Positions 53,197 through 62,817 of a stretch of DNA of 64,000 nt are shown piece after piece; the stretch's first letter is position 1; each line of letters starts with the position of its first letter. The notes under the pieces were generated by a model. The model was not told the DNA's origin and made no database searches. It saw only the letters and a list, made by a program, of their open reading frames with translations. A program made the translations under genes and the position numbers. Source of the DNA: an uncultured delta proteobacterium (GTDB lineage Bacteria > Myxococcota > Myxococcia > Myxococcales > Myxococcaceae); the NCBI GenBank assembly GCA_963796055.1, contig CAWCKH010000003.1, forward strand, positions 448,001 to 512,000. Direction: 5' to 3'.

Positions 53197-54069
53197 GTGG
53201 ACGACCAGGACGCCGAGCTCGCCCGCATCCGCCAGGCCATCGAGGCACTGGACCGCTCGCTGCTGGCGCTGCTCCGCGAAAGGCAGCTGCTGGGTCAGCA
53301 GGCCGCCCGCGCGAAGATCGCCGCCGCGGTGCCCCTCCGCGACCCGGTGCGAGAGGAGGTCGTCCTGCGCCGCGCGCGGGAGACGGCGACCGAGCTGGGG
53401 CTCGATGCGCACCAGTCGGAGCGGCTCTACCGGCTGATCATCGACATGTCGGTCTCGCAGCAGCAGACCCACCTGCTCGAGCTGGAGACGGTGCCGCTCC
53501 GGGTGGCCTTCCAGGGGGTGGAAGGCAGCCCGGGACAGCGGGCGGCGCAGGCGCGCTACGGGGGGCGGCGCGGGGGAGCGCTGCTCGAGGGTCACCCCAC
53601 CCTGGCCGAAGCCGTGGAAGCGGTGCGCTCGGGACGGGCAGACGTGGCGCTCTTGCCGCTGGAGAGCACCGAGGAAGGCTCGACCCGGACCATGGACCTC
53701 CTCGCCGAGGCAGGCCTGGTGATCAGCGGCGAGCAGCTCCAGCACGGTGGCGAGCACTACACCCGCTACGTCGAGATCGGCCGCGAGCCGCCCGCGGTTC
53801 CCGAGGACGTGCCCTGCAAGACCTCGGTCATCGTGACCCTGGCCGACCGCGCCGGCGCCCTGGGGGAGGTGCTCCAGTCGTTCGCGCGGCAGGGCGTGAA
53901 CCTCACCCGGATCGAGTCGCGACCCATGCCGGGCACGCCGCCGCGGTTCCGCTTCTTCATCGACATGGAGGGACACGCCGCCGGGCAGCACGTCGCGCGG
54001 GCGCTGGAAGAGGCCCGGGCACACGCCGAGGTCCGGGTGGTGGGCTCGTATCCGGCGCACGGGGGCTGA
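53197..54069 (+). CDS. pheA: Chorismate mutase - internally deleted prephenate dehydratase - ACT protein (PheA-like)
   Basis: AroQ domain ([24 protein letters not shown]); first PDT subdomain ([17 protein letters not shown]); no SHPQA subdomain; YTRY; ACT domain ([36 protein letters not shown]). Confidence 0.82.
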   Translation: MDDQDAELARIRQAIEALDRSLLALLRERQLLGQQAARAKIAAAVPLRDPVREEVVLRRARETATELGLDAHQSERLYRLIIDMSVSQQQTHLLELETVPLRVAFQGVEGSPGQRAAQARYGGRRGGALLEGHPTLAEAVEAVRSGRADVALLPLESTEEGSTRTMDLLAEAGLVISGEQLQHGGEHYTRYVEIGREPPAVPEDVPCKTSVIVTLADRAGALGEVLQSFARQGVNLTRIESRPMPGTPPRFRFFIDMEGHAAGQHVARALEEARAHAEVRVVGSYPAHGG

Positions 54070-54070
54070 G

Positions 54071-54607
54071 GTGAAGGTCGCGTACGCCGGGGAACCGGGA
54101 GCGTTCGGAGAGGAGGCGGCGCGGATGCTGCCCTCTGCCGAGCCGGTGCCCTGCCCCAGCTTCGCCGCGGTGTTCGAGGCCGTCGAGCGCGGCGAGGCGG
54201 AGCGCGGAGTCGTCCCCTTGCACAATTCTCGCGCCGGAATGGTCGAGGAGGTGGTTCGGCTACTCGCGAAGTCGCAACTTCAAGTCATCGACCGGCTCGC
54301 GCTCCGCGTCCGGCAGTCGTTGCTCGCGATTCCCGGGGTGCGCCTCGAGGACATTCGCCGCGTCGCCTCGCACCCCCAGGCGCTCGCCCAGTGCAGCAAG
54401 CTCGTCCAGCAACACGGCTGGGACCTCGTTGCGCGCCGGGCAACGTCGAGTGCGGCGCGGCAGCTCTCCGAGGAGCGCGACAGCGCGTGCGCCGTCATCG
54501 CCAGCGCGGCGGCGGCCGGACTCTATGGACTGTCGGTGCTCGCCTCCGGAGTCGAGGACGACCCGGAGAACACGACGCGGTTCGCCGTTCTGCGTCGGCT
54601 GGGCTGA
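54071..54607 (+). CDS. Stand-alone prephenate dehydratase catalytic domain (no ACT)
   Basis: VAYAGEPGAFGEEAA, FAAVFEAVE, GVVPLHNS, SHPQALAQC, AVIAS, ENTTRFAVL, then stop. Confidence 0.85.
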   Translation: MKVAYAGEPGAFGEEAARMLPSAEPVPCPSFAAVFEAVERGEAERGVVPLHNSRAGMVEEVVRLLAKSQLQVIDRLALRVRQSLLAIPGVRLEDIRRVASHPQALAQCSKLVQQHGWDLVARRATSSAARQLSEERDSACAVIASAAAAGLYGLSVLASGVEDDPENTTRFAVLRRLG

Positions 54608-54669
54608 AGAGTCCGGTCGGCGCAGGGGAACAAACCCCGTCCCTCGTGCGTCCAACCGCGCGGGACGAG

Positions 54670-55165
54670 ATGCGTATCGCACCCACACAACCCGACGCTG
54701 AAGGCATCCGGATCACGCTGGACCAGGGCCCGCGCCTGGCGCTCTGGCCGCTGTTCGAGCTCGCCGACGACTCGCCGGTGGCCATTCGCCAGTACCTCGA
54801 CCTGGGTCTGGTGCACGTGGCGCGGACCGGGGGCGTGCCGATCGGCCACGCGCAGATCGATCCCCCACGACGTCCGGGTCTGGGAGCTGAAGAGCCTCGC
54901 CGTGCTCGCGGCGTACCGTGGACTCGGCGTCGGGACGGCGCTCGTGCATCGGTCGATGGTCTGGGTGCGCGAGCACGGCGCCGAGCGGCTCCTGGTCGCC
55001 ACCGCCACCGCGGACCTGGACAACCTCGGTTTCTACCAGCGGCTCGGGTTCCGGATGCTGCGCATCGAGCGCGACGCCTTCACGCCGGAGGGAGGGTACC
55101 CCGAGGGGCTCTCCGTCCGGGGCGTGCCCGTTCGCGACCGGGTGTGGCTCGACCGCCGGGTCTAG
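54670..55165 (+). CDS. GNAT family N-acetyltransferase; one +1 frameshift at about 54859
   Basis: LFELADDS..IGHAQ in one frame and WELKSLAV..YRGLGVG..NLGFYQRLGFR..RDAF in the next; junction CAG ATC G ATC CCC. Confidence 0.8.
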
Positions 55166-55674
55166 TCCCCCGAGCGCAGGCTCAGCTTCCCGATGTAGTC
55201 GCGCTTGCCCAGGTCCACGCCGTTGTGGCGGAGGATCGCGTAGGCCGTGGTGAGGTGGAAGAAGAAGTTCGGCAGGGCCTGCTCGAGGAGGTAGTCCGTC
55301 GCCCGCATCCACTTCCCTTCCCAGCGCGGGCGCTTCACCACCCGCTGGTCCGTGCCCTCGAAGTCCGCAGGGGTGAAGGTGCCGAGGTACTCGATGACCG
55401 AGGCGATGCGGGTTCGAATCTCGGCGAAGGTCTGCTCGGTGTCCGGATGGGACGGCGGCTCCTTGCCGGCGGTGAACGCGGCGGCGAACTTCGCGGTGTC
55501 GCAGGCGTTCTGGAACTGACGGACCAGCGGGAACATGTCCGGCGCGAGCCGCGCCTGGAGCAGCACGGTCGGCTCGTAGCTCTTGGCCGCGGCGTGCGCT
55601 TCGGCCTTCTCGATCCAGACGTTCATCTGGCCGAGCAGCTTCTTCATCTCGACGACGATCGGGTAGAGAGCCAT
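55162..55674 (-). CDS. DUF1993 family protein
   Basis: LLQARLAPDMFPLVRQ, LPNFFFHLTTAYAILRHNGVDLGKRDYIG. Confidence 0.9.
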   Translation of the reverse strand: MALYPIVVEMKKLLGQMNVWIEKAEAHAAAKSYEPTVLLQARLAPDMFPLVRQFQNACDTAKFAAAFTAGKEPPSHPDTEQTFAEIRTRIASVIEYLGTFTPADFEGTDQRVVKRPRWEGKWMRATDYLLEQALPNFFFHLTTAYAILRHNGVDLGKRDYIGKLSLRSGD

Positions 55675-55695
55675 GTCGGGATGACTGTAACCAGG

Positions 55696-56412
55696 ATGCC
55701 CCGCCCGCGGCTGACCATCCGCCCTCTGACCCCGGACCTCTGGCCGGCGCTGGAAGATCTCTTCGGGGCGCACGGGGCGTGTGGCGGCTGCTGGTGCATG
55801 TTCTGGCGGATCGGCAGCGCCTACTCCCGGCGCCCCCACGAGCAGAACCGGGCCGCCTTCCGTTCCATCGTCCACCGGGGCCCATCCCCCGGACTCCTCG
55901 CCTTCGACGGCGACACGCCGGTGGGCTGGTGCCAGCTCACCCCGCGCTCGGTGCTTCCCGCCCTCGAGGCGAATCCCCGCTACCCGCGGGTGGACAACCG
56001 GCCGGTGTGGTCGATCTCCTGCTTCTACGTGCGCCGCGGGCACCGGGAGCGGGGCATCAGCGCGCAGTTGATCGCCGCGGCGGTGAAGGTCGCCCGGCAG
56101 GCCGGAGCACCGGCGCTCGAGGCCTATCCGGTCGACACCACCCAGCCGGAGTCGACGACGAATCTCTTCACCGGGCGTGCCTCGACCTTCGTCCGGGCGG
56201 GGTTTCGGACGGTGGTGGACCGGAACCCGCGCCGACCGGTGATGCGCCGGGAGCTGTCGCGTCGGAAGGGCGCGAGATCGCCGTCTCGAGCGCGCAGCGG
56301 CGGAAGTCCTACGTCCCCGCCCTCGGCTCGGGCCGGGCGCAGCTCAGCATCCACGGGACCCGGAAGCGGTCGACCACCATCCCGAAGCGCTCGGCCCAGA
56401 AGGTCTGGGTGA
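55696..56412 (+). CDS. GNAT family N-acetyltransferase
   Basis: GACGGCWCMFWR, PVGWCQLTPR, WSISCFYV, HRERGIS, LEAYPVD. Low-complexity tail overlaps the next gene. Confidence 0.85.
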   Translation: MPRPRLTIRPLTPDLWPALEDLFGAHGACGGCWCMFWRIGSAYSRRPHEQNRAAFRSIVHRGPSPGLLAFDGDTPVGWCQLTPRSVLPALEANPRYPRVDNRPVWSISCFYVRRGHRERGISAQLIAAAVKVARQAGAPALEAYPVDTTQPESTTNLFTGRASTFVRAGFRTVVDRNPRRPVMRRELSRRKGARSPSRARSGGSPTSPPSARAGRSSASTGPGSGRPPSRSARPRRSG

Positions 56413-56737
56413 GTGGGAGGATGACGTCGCCACCCTCCGAGAGAGCGGAGAAGACGCGCTCCGCCTCTGCTGCCGTCCCGGGCTCGAGCAGCACCGAGAA
56501 CCCGGTCGGCGCGACGTACCCCTCCTCGGCGCTGACGTCCGCCCCGGTCAGCCGCGTGCCGCCGACGTCCAGGGTCGCGTGGAGAATCTTCTCTCGCCAG
56601 GCCGGGGGCACCCGGTCGGCGAGCGGCGTGCCCTCGTACCGGACCAGCGCCAGGAGCTCCCCGCCGAGGACCTCCCGGTAGAAACGGAAGGCCTCCTCGC
56701 AGCGGCCGTCGAAGGTGAGATGCGGATTGAGGCGCAC
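56309..56737 (-). CDS. VOC family PhnB-like protein
   Basis: LNPHLTFDGRCEEAFRFY, ILHATL, LSEGGDVILPLTQTFWAERFGMVVDRFRVPWM. Confidence 0.9.
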   Translation of the reverse strand: MRLNPHLTFDGRCEEAFRFYREVLGGELLALVRYEGTPLADRVPPAWREKILHATLDVGGTRLTGADVSAEEGYVAPTGFSVLLEPGTAAEAERVFSALSEGGDVILPLTQTFWAERFGMVVDRFRVPWMLSCARPEPRAGT

Positions 56738-56740
56738 CGA

Positions 56741-58000
56741 CTACTTGCTGTAGCGCTTCAGAAGAAGCACCGCGTTTGTCCCGCCGAACCCGAAACTGTT
56801 GCTCATCACCGCGTCCACCCGGACCTCGCGGGGCTTGTTGGGCACGTAGTCCAGGTCGCACTCCGGATCGGGCGTGGTGTAGTTGATGGTCGGGGGAATC
56901 ACCCCGCGGGTCAGCGCCAGCACCCCCACCACCGCCTCCGCCCCGCCCGCCGCGCCGAGCATGTGCCCGGTCATCGACTTGGTGGAGCTGATCAGCATCT
57001 TCTTCGCGTGCGGCCCGAAGACCGTCTTGATCGCCTTGGTCTCGTTGGCGTCGTTGAACGGGGTCGAGGTGCCGTGCGCGTTCAGGTAGCCCACGTCCTC
57101 GGGCCGCATCCCTGCGTCGGCCAGCGCCAGGCGCATGCACCGTGCGGCGCCCTCGCCCTCGGGGGCCGGGGCAGTGACGTGGTGCGCGTCGGAGTTGGCG
57201 CCGTACCCGGCAACCTCCGCCAGGATGTTCGCTCCGCGGCGGCGGGCATGCTCCAGCTCTTCGAGCACCACGATGCCCGCGCCCTCGCCCTCGACGAAAC
57301 CGTCGCGGTCCTTGTCGAAGGGACGGCTGGCGCGCGCCGGGTCGTCGTTCCGGGTGGACAGCGCCTTCATCGCCGCGAAGCCGCCGATGCCCAGCGGGGT
57401 GATGGCCGCCTCGGCGCCGCCGGCGATCATCGCGTCGGTCTCGCCGATGCGCACCGACTTCACCGCCTCGCCGATGGCGTGGGCAGAAGTCGAGCAGGCC
57501 GACACCGGCGACCAGTTCGGACCCTTGCACCCGTACTTGATGGTCACCAGGCCCGGCGCCATGTTGATGATCATCTGCAGGATGAAGAAGGGGGAAAGCC
57601 GATCGAAGCCCTTCTCCAGGGCCTTCTTGTGCTGCTCCTCCAGAGAGCCCAGGCCGCCGATGCCCGAGCCGATGATGACCCCCACCTTCTCCGGGACGTA
57701 GCCATTCGGCTTGTCCGTCCCGACCGGGAGACCGCTCTCCTTCATCGCCATGTCGGTGGCCGCCATCGCGTACTGCGCGTAGAGGTCCATCCGGCGGACC
57801 TCCCGGCGGTCGATCCACTCCTCGGGCACGAAGTCCTTCACCTCGGCCGCGATGCGTGCGTCGATGCCGCTGGCATCGAACCGGGTGATGGAACCCACCC
57901 CGGACTTGCCGGCCAGCATGGCTTGCCAGTTCTTCTCCACGCCGGTTCCCAGCGCGGTGATGAGTCCGGTTCCAGTGACGACGACGCGACGGTTCGGCAT
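56741..58000 (-). CDS. fabF: 3-oxoacyl-ACP synthase II
   Basis: [55 protein letters not shown]. Confidence 0.97.
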   Translation of the reverse strand: MPNRRVVVTGTGLITALGTGVEKNWQAMLAGKSGVGSITRFDASGIDARIAAEVKDFVPEEWIDRREVRRMDLYAQYAMAATDMAMKESGLPVGTDKPNGYVPEKVGVIIGSGIGGLGSLEEQHKKALEKGFDRLSPFFILQMIINMAPGLVTIKYGCKGPNWSPVSACSTSAHAIGEAVKSVRIGETDAMIAGGAEAAITPLGIGGFAAMKALSTRNDDPARASRPFDKDRDGFVEGEGAGIVVLEELEHARRRGANILAEVAGYGANSDAHHVTAPAPEGEGAARCMRLALADAGMRPEDVGYLNAHGTSTPFNDANETKAIKTVFGPHAKKMLISSTKSMTGHMLGAAGGAEAVVGVLALTRGVIPPTINYTTPDPECDLDYVPNKPREVRVDAVMSNSFGFGGTNAVLLLKRYSK

Positions 58001-58035
58001 GGGCAAAAGACCTAGCTCCGGCCCCGGGGCCAGCG

Positions 58036-58278
58036 CTACTTCTTGTGGGTGTTGATGTAGTTGATGGCGTCCCCGACGGTCTTGATGTTCTCGGCCTCCT
58101 CGTCCGGGATCTCCACCTCGAACTCCTCCTCCATCGCCATCACCAGCTCGACGATGTCCAGGCTGTCCGCGCCGAGATCCTCGATGAAGGAGGACTCGGG
58201 CTTGATCTCGTCCTCACCGACGCCCAGCTGGTCGGCGATGATCGACTTGACCTTGGCCTCGATTGCACTCGTCGCCAT
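58036..58278 (-). CDS. acpP: Acyl carrier protein
   Basis: [28 protein letters not shown]. Confidence 0.98.
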   Translation of the reverse strand: MATSAIEAKVKSIIADQLGVGEDEIKPESSFIEDLGADSLDIVELVMAMEEEFEVEIPDEEAENIKTVGDAINYINTHKK

Positions 58279-58410
58279 CTGATTCCTCCGGTTCCTTCTC
58301 TGTCGAAGTGCTGCCGAACGTGTTCGGGGAGACGCGACCGGGGGACCTGGAAGACGCTTGGCAGGTCCCGCGGGCAACCCCCGGGCGCGCGCGGTATAGC
58401 CCACGCCCCT

Positions 58411-59145
58411 TTACATGTACATGCCGCCGTTGATCTTGAGGATTTCACCCGTCACGTAGGACGCCGCGTCACTGGCGAGGAACAGCACCGCCCTTGCCAC
58501 CTCGTCCGCCGTGCCCAGTCGGCCCAGCGGAATGGCCTCGGTCATCTTCGCTTTCAGCTCGGCGGATAACCCCGAGGTCATGTCGGTGTCGATGAAACCG
58601 GGCGACACCGCGTTCACCCGCACGTTCCGGCTCGCCAGCTCGCGGGCCAGCGACTTGGTGAGCCCGATGAGCCCGGCCTTGCTCGCCGCGTAGGCGGCCT
58701 GGCCCACGTTCCCCGTCTCCCCCACGACGGAGGTGAGGTTCACGATGGCGCCCGAGCGCTGCTTCATCATCGGGCGCGCCGCGGCGCGGCAGAGCGCGAA
58801 CGCGCCCTTGAGGTTGGTGTCCAGCGTTCGGTCCCAGTCCTCGTCCTTCACCCGCACCGCCAGAGCGTCGATGGCGACACCGGCGTTGTTCACCAGCACG
58901 TCCAGCCGCCCGGCGCCCTTCACCACCTCGTCCACCGCCGCCGCACAGGCCCGGGTGTCCGCCACGTCGAACTTCATGCTCCGGGCGTTGGGACCGCTCG
59001 CCGCCACGGCCTCGGCGGCCGCGGTCTCGTTCCCGGCGTAGGTCAGCACCACCGTTGCCCCGGCCTTGCCGAACGCCACTGCGCAGGCCCGACCGATGCC
59101 GCGCGAGCCGCCGGTGACCAGGACGACCTTTCCGGTGAAGTTCAT
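58411..59145 (-). CDS. fabG: 3-oxoacyl-ACP reductase
   Basis: [34 protein letters not shown]. Confidence 0.97.
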   Translation of the reverse strand: MNFTGKVVLVTGGSRGIGRACAVAFGKAGATVVLTYAGNETAAAEAVAASGPNARSMKFDVADTRACAAAVDEVVKGAGRLDVLVNNAGVAIDALAVRVKDEDWDRTLDTNLKGAFALCRAAARPMMKQRSGAIVNLTSVVGETGNVGQAAYAASKAGLIGLTKSLARELASRNVRVNAVSPGFIDTDMTSGLSAELKAKMTEAIPLGRLGTADEVARAVLFLASDAASYVTGEILKINGGMYM

Positions 59146-59156
59146 CGTCCTGTCCC

Positions 59157-60107
59157 TCAGGCCCCCGAGCGGCCTCCGGCGGCGGCGAGCGACTTCTCCA
59201 GGCTCGCCGGGTCCTCCACGTTGAGCACCTCGATCTCCTTGCAGATGCGCTTCACCAGACCGCCGAGCACCCTCCCCGGCCCCAGCTCCACCACCCGGGT
59301 GACCCCGGCGGCGGCGAGGGCGCGGATGGACTCCACCCACCGCACCGGCGCGCTCACCTGCGCCAGGAGCAGCGGCACCACGCGGGCCTTGTCGGAGTTC
59401 GGCGCCGCCTCCACGTTGGAGACCACCGGAATGCGCGGGGCGGACACCGTGCAACGGGCGAGCACCTCGGCCAGCCGCGGCTTCACCGGCTCCATCAGCG
59501 CGCAATGGAAGGGTGCGGACACGCTCAACGGCAGCACCCGCTTGGCGCCGGCCTCGCGCAGCTTCGCCGAGGCGCGCTCCACCGCCGCGGTGTCCCCGGC
59601 GATGACGGTCTGCTCGGGCGAGTTGTAGTTCGCCGGCGAGACCACCTGGTCCTGGGCGACCTCGGCGCAGATGCGCGCCACGACGTCTGCCTCGAGCCCG
59701 AGCACCGCGGCCATGGCGCCAGTCCCCGCCGGCACCGCCTCCTGCATGAGGGTCCCGCGCGCCCGCACCGCCCGGACGGCATCGGCCAGGGAGAGCGCGC
59801 CCGCGACCACCAGCGCCGAGTACTCGCCGAGCGAGTGCCCGGCAACGAACACTGCTCCTGGCCCGCCGCGGGCAGCCCACACCGCGTGCGCGGCGATGGA
59901 CGTGGTGAGGATGGCCGGCTGGGCGTTGCGGGTGAGCACCAGCTCGGACTCGGGGCCCTCGAAGCAAAGCCGGGACAGCGGCTCGCCCAGCGCGTCGTCC
60001 GCGGACTGGAAGACGCCGCGGGCCTCGGGAAATGCCTCGGCCAGGGCCTTGCCCATCCCGACCAGCTGGCTGCCCTGCCCGGGAAAGAGGAATGCCGTGG
60101 CTACCAT
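59157..60107 (-). CDS. fabD: Malonyl-CoA:ACP transacylase
   Basis: [31 protein letters not shown]. Confidence 0.97.
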   Translation of the reverse strand: MVATAFLFPGQGSQLVGMGKALAEAFPEARGVFQSADDALGEPLSRLCFEGPESELVLTRNAQPAILTTSIAAHAVWAARGGPGAVFVAGHSLGEYSALVVAGALSLADAVRAVRARGTLMQEAVPAGTGAMAAVLGLEADVVARICAEVAQDQVVSPANYNSPEQTVIAGDTAAVERASAKLREAGAKRVLPLSVSAPFHCALMEPVKPRLAEVLARCTVSAPRIPVVSNVEAAPNSDKARVVPLLLAQVSAPVRWVESIRALAAAGVTRVVELGPGRVLGGLVKRICKEIEVLNVEDPASLEKSLAAAGGRSGA

Positions 60108-61084
60108 CGGATGACGCCGGCTCCCCAGGCCATCCCCGCGCCGATGGCCATGGTGGCGATGATGTCGCCGGGCTGGAGCCTGCCGGCGCGGTTCGCCTCG
60201 TCCAGCGTCGTGGGCAGCGATGCCGAGGAGGTGTTGCCGTAGCGGTGGATGTTCACCCAGCACTTCTCCAGCGGAATCCCCAGCCGGTGGCACACCGACT
60301 CGATGATCCGGAGATTCGCCTGGTGACCGACGAGGTGCGTGACGTCCGCGGGGGTCAGCCCCTGCTTCCCGAGCACCTCCAGGACTGCCTCGGGCAGCGC
60401 GCGGACCGCGTACTTGTAGACCTCGCGGCCGTTCATCGCGACCTTGTTCAGCTTCTTCTCCAGCACCTCGATGGACTGGGGGTGGAGACTTCCGCCGCCG
60501 GGGATGGCGAGAGCGCCCGCGGCGTCGCCGTCCGCGTGCAGCTGGATGCCGAGGATGCCGCGTGACTCGTCGGGTGAGGGGCCGAGCACCAGGGCCCCCG
60601 CCGCGTCACCGAAGAGCACGCAGGTGTTCCGGTCGGTCCAGTCGACGATGCGGCTCAGGAGCTCCGCCCCGATGACCAGCGCCCTGCGCACGCTCCCATT
60701 GCGGATGAACTGATCGGCGATGGACATCCCGTACAGCGACCCGGCGCAGGCCGCCGAGAGGTCGAAGGCAAAGGCCTTCTTCGCTCCCAGCTTGGCCTGC
60801 ACCATCACCGCGCAGGACGGCATGGGCATGTCCGGGGAGATGGTTCCGACGATGATCATGTCCAGCTCGTCCGCCCGGGTGTGCGCCATCTCCAGGGCCC
60901 GGATGGCGGCCTTCACCGCCATGTCCGAGGTGACCTCCCCCGGAGCGGCGATCCGGCGCTCCTTGATGCCAGTGCGCTCGGTGATCCAGGCGTCCGACGT
61001 CTCGACCATCCGCTCGAGATCCGCGTTGGTGAGCACCTTCTCCGGCGCGTAGGCACCGGTGCCGAGGATGGCGGTCCGTGTCAT
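60101..61084 (-). CDS. fabH: 3-oxoacyl-ACP synthase III
   Basis: WITERTGIKERR, AACAG, LFGDAAGA, HQANLRII, YGNTSSAS. Confidence 0.97.
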   Translation of the reverse strand: MTRTAILGTGAYAPEKVLTNADLERMVETSDAWITERTGIKERRIAAPGEVTSDMAVKAAIRALEMAHTRADELDMIIVGTISPDMPMPSCAVMVQAKLGAKKAFAFDLSAACAGSLYGMSIADQFIRNGSVRRALVIGAELLSRIVDWTDRNTCVLFGDAAGALVLGPSPDESRGILGIQLHADGDAAGALAIPGGGSLHPQSIEVLEKKLNKVAMNGREVYKYAVRALPEAVLEVLGKQGLTPADVTHLVGHQANLRIIESVCHRLGIPLEKCWVNIHRYGNTSSASLPTTLDEANRAGRLQPGDIIATMAIGAGMAWGAGVIRW

Positions 61085-61190
61085 GCGCGGGTCACCATGG
61101 CGCATGCCCGCCCCGATGTCCTGCGTCGAACCCCCGCCGGATTTTGCTCACAGCGGAATTGAGGCTGTGCGTCGTCCACGGTGCGGGCAG

Positions 61191-61373
61191 CTACTTGGTC
61201 GCGACGACCTCGCGCCCGGCGTAGTGGCCGCAGCTACTGCATGCCCGGTGGGGAAGCACCGGCTCCTTGCAGTTGGGGCAGGAGATGACCTGCACCGCCA
61301 CACGGAGGTTGTTGTTGGCAGCGCGCCGGCGGTCGCGGCGCATCTTGGACGTCCTCTTCTTGGGAACTCCCAC
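61191..61373 (-). CDS. rpmF: 50S ribosomal protein L32
   Basis: [32 protein letters not shown]. Confidence 0.97.
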   Translation of the reverse strand: MGVPKKRTSKMRRDRRRAANNNLRVAVQVISCPNCKEPVLPHRACSSCGHYAGREVVATK

Positions 61374-61386
61374 GGCGTTGTCGCTC

Positions 61387-61950
61387 CTAGTTCAGCTTGA
61401 AGTTCTTCAGCGCGGCGAGCCGGGGATCTACCTGGGTCTGCGCACAACCGCACTGCCCTTCGTTCAGGTTCTGGCCGCAAGTGCCACACAGGCCCTTGCA
61501 GTCCTCGCCGCAGACGGCGTGCATCGGCAGCGCCAGGAGCACCTGTTCCCGTACCAGGGGGTCCAGGTCGATGGTCTTGCCATCGAAGAGCTCCTCGTCG
61601 GCGCGCTCGAGGTCGAAGCTCCCCGCGCGCTCGACTTGTTCGTCGTCCGCCCCGTCCTCGCCGCCGCACAGCGCAGCCCTGGAGACGAGATTCAGGGTGA
61701 AGGTCACCGGGACCCGGAGGTGCACGTCGGCCAGGCAGCGCCGGCAGGGGGTGTGGACCGCCACCTCGGTCGAGCCGCGCAGGAGCACCCCGCTCCCGGT
61801 CTTCTGGAGCTTCACGCGCAGCGGCGCCGGGCCATCCGGGCGGAAGCCGGTGTCCTTGATCTCGGCGAGGGCGTGGGTGAGGAAGCTCTCCGAGAGGGTC
61901 TCGTCGAGGGAGAGACCCCCCTCGCGAATCTGATCGACGGTGACGACCAT
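61387..61950 (-). CDS. yceD: DUF177 / YceD family protein
   Basis: [47 protein letters not shown]; upstream of rpmF. Confidence 0.93.
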   Translation of the reverse strand: MVVTVDQIREGGLSLDETLSESFLTHALAEIKDTGFRPDGPAPLRVKLQKTGSGVLLRGSTEVAVHTPCRRCLADVHLRVPVTFTLNLVSRAALCGGEDGADDEQVERAGSFDLERADEELFDGKTIDLDPLVREQVLLALPMHAVCGEDCKGLCGTCGQNLNEGQCGCAQTQVDPRLAALKNFKLN

Positions 61951-61973
61951 GGGGCGGCGGGAAAAGGGCGCGG

Positions 61974-62002
61974 ACTTAATGGCACAGCCTATCCCCTGTC
62001 AA
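61974..62002 (-). promoter_or_regulatory. Putative sigma70-type promoter of the yceD-rpmF-fab operon
   Basis: Minus strand TTGACA-17 nt-TTAAGT, followed by a GC-rich CCGCGCCC. Confidence 0.55.
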
Positions 62003-62021
62003 CGAGAGGAAGGTTCCCTGC

Positions 62022-62050
62022 CCGTCATGACCCCGACACCCAAGCGTCAC
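62022..62050 (+). promoter_or_regulatory. Pho-box-like direct repeats
   Basis: CCGTCAT (62022), CCGACAC (62033), GCGTCAC (62044) at exact 11-bp periodicity, upstream of phoB. Confidence 0.6.
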
Positions 62051-62124
62051 CCGTCCCGTGGGAGGCGTCTGGTACAGGCGTCCTCCCGGGTCGTCGGCAT
62101 AGCCCCCCGGAGGTTTCCCCACCC

Positions 62125-62817
62125 GTGTCGCGCATCCTGATCGTCGAGGACGAGCAAGATCTCGCCAACCTCCTCACCTACAACCTGTCCGCCGCCGGCT
62201 TCGAGACCGAGACCACCCACAGCGGGGCGGCCGCGCTCAGCCGGGCCAAGGTCTTCAAGCCCGACCTGGTCCTGCTCGACCTCATGCTCCCTGACCTTCC
62301 GGGCAGCGAGGTCCTCCGGCTGATCAAGGAGGACCCGAACCTGCGCCGCACGGCGGTGGTGATGGTGACCGCCAAGGGACAGGAATCGGACCGGGTGCAG
62401 GGTCTGGAGCTCGGGGCCGACGACTACGTGGTGAAGCCGTTCAGCGTCCGCGAGCTGGCGCTCCGGGTGAAGGCCGTCCTCCGCCGGATGGCCCGCGACT
62501 CCGAGGGGACGGGGGTGCTGGCCGCAGGAAGCATCCGCCTCGACCCGGCCCGCCACGAGGTGACGGTGGCCGGCAACGAGGTGGCCCTCACCGCGCTCGA
62601 GTTCCGGTTGCTCAAGACGCTGCTCGAGCGGCCCGGCCGGGTTCAGACCCGCGAGGTGCTGCTCTCGGACGTCTGGGGAATCGAGGCGGAGATCACCACC
62701 CGCACCGTGGACACACACATCAAGCGGCTGCGGGAGAAGCTGGGGAGTGCAGGGGACATCATCGAAACGGTCCGCGGGGTCGGCTACAAGCTGGCCAGCC
62801 CCGACAAGGACGCGTGA
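62125..62817 (+). CDS. phoB: OmpR-family response regulator PhoB/PhoP
   Basis: ILIVEDE, LLDLMLP, GADDYVVKPFS, RTVDTHIKRLREKLG, ETVRGVGY; GGAGG RBS. Confidence 0.9.
   Translation: MSRILIVEDEQDLANLLTYNLSAAGFETETTHSGAAALSRAKVFKPDLVLLDLMLPDLPGSEVLRLIKEDPNLRRTAVVMVTAKGQESDRVQGLELGADDYVVKPFSVRELALRVKAVLRRMARDSEGTGVLAAGSIRLDPARHEVTVAGNEVALTALEFRLLKTLLERPGRVQTREVLLSDVWGIEAEITTRTVDTHIKRLREKLGSAGDIIETVRGVGYKLASPDKDA

Noticed and set aside
56309..56412. About 100-bp convergent overlap between the GNAT and VOC genes
   Set aside because: The GNAT tail is low-complexity run-on sequence, most simply a late stop codon.
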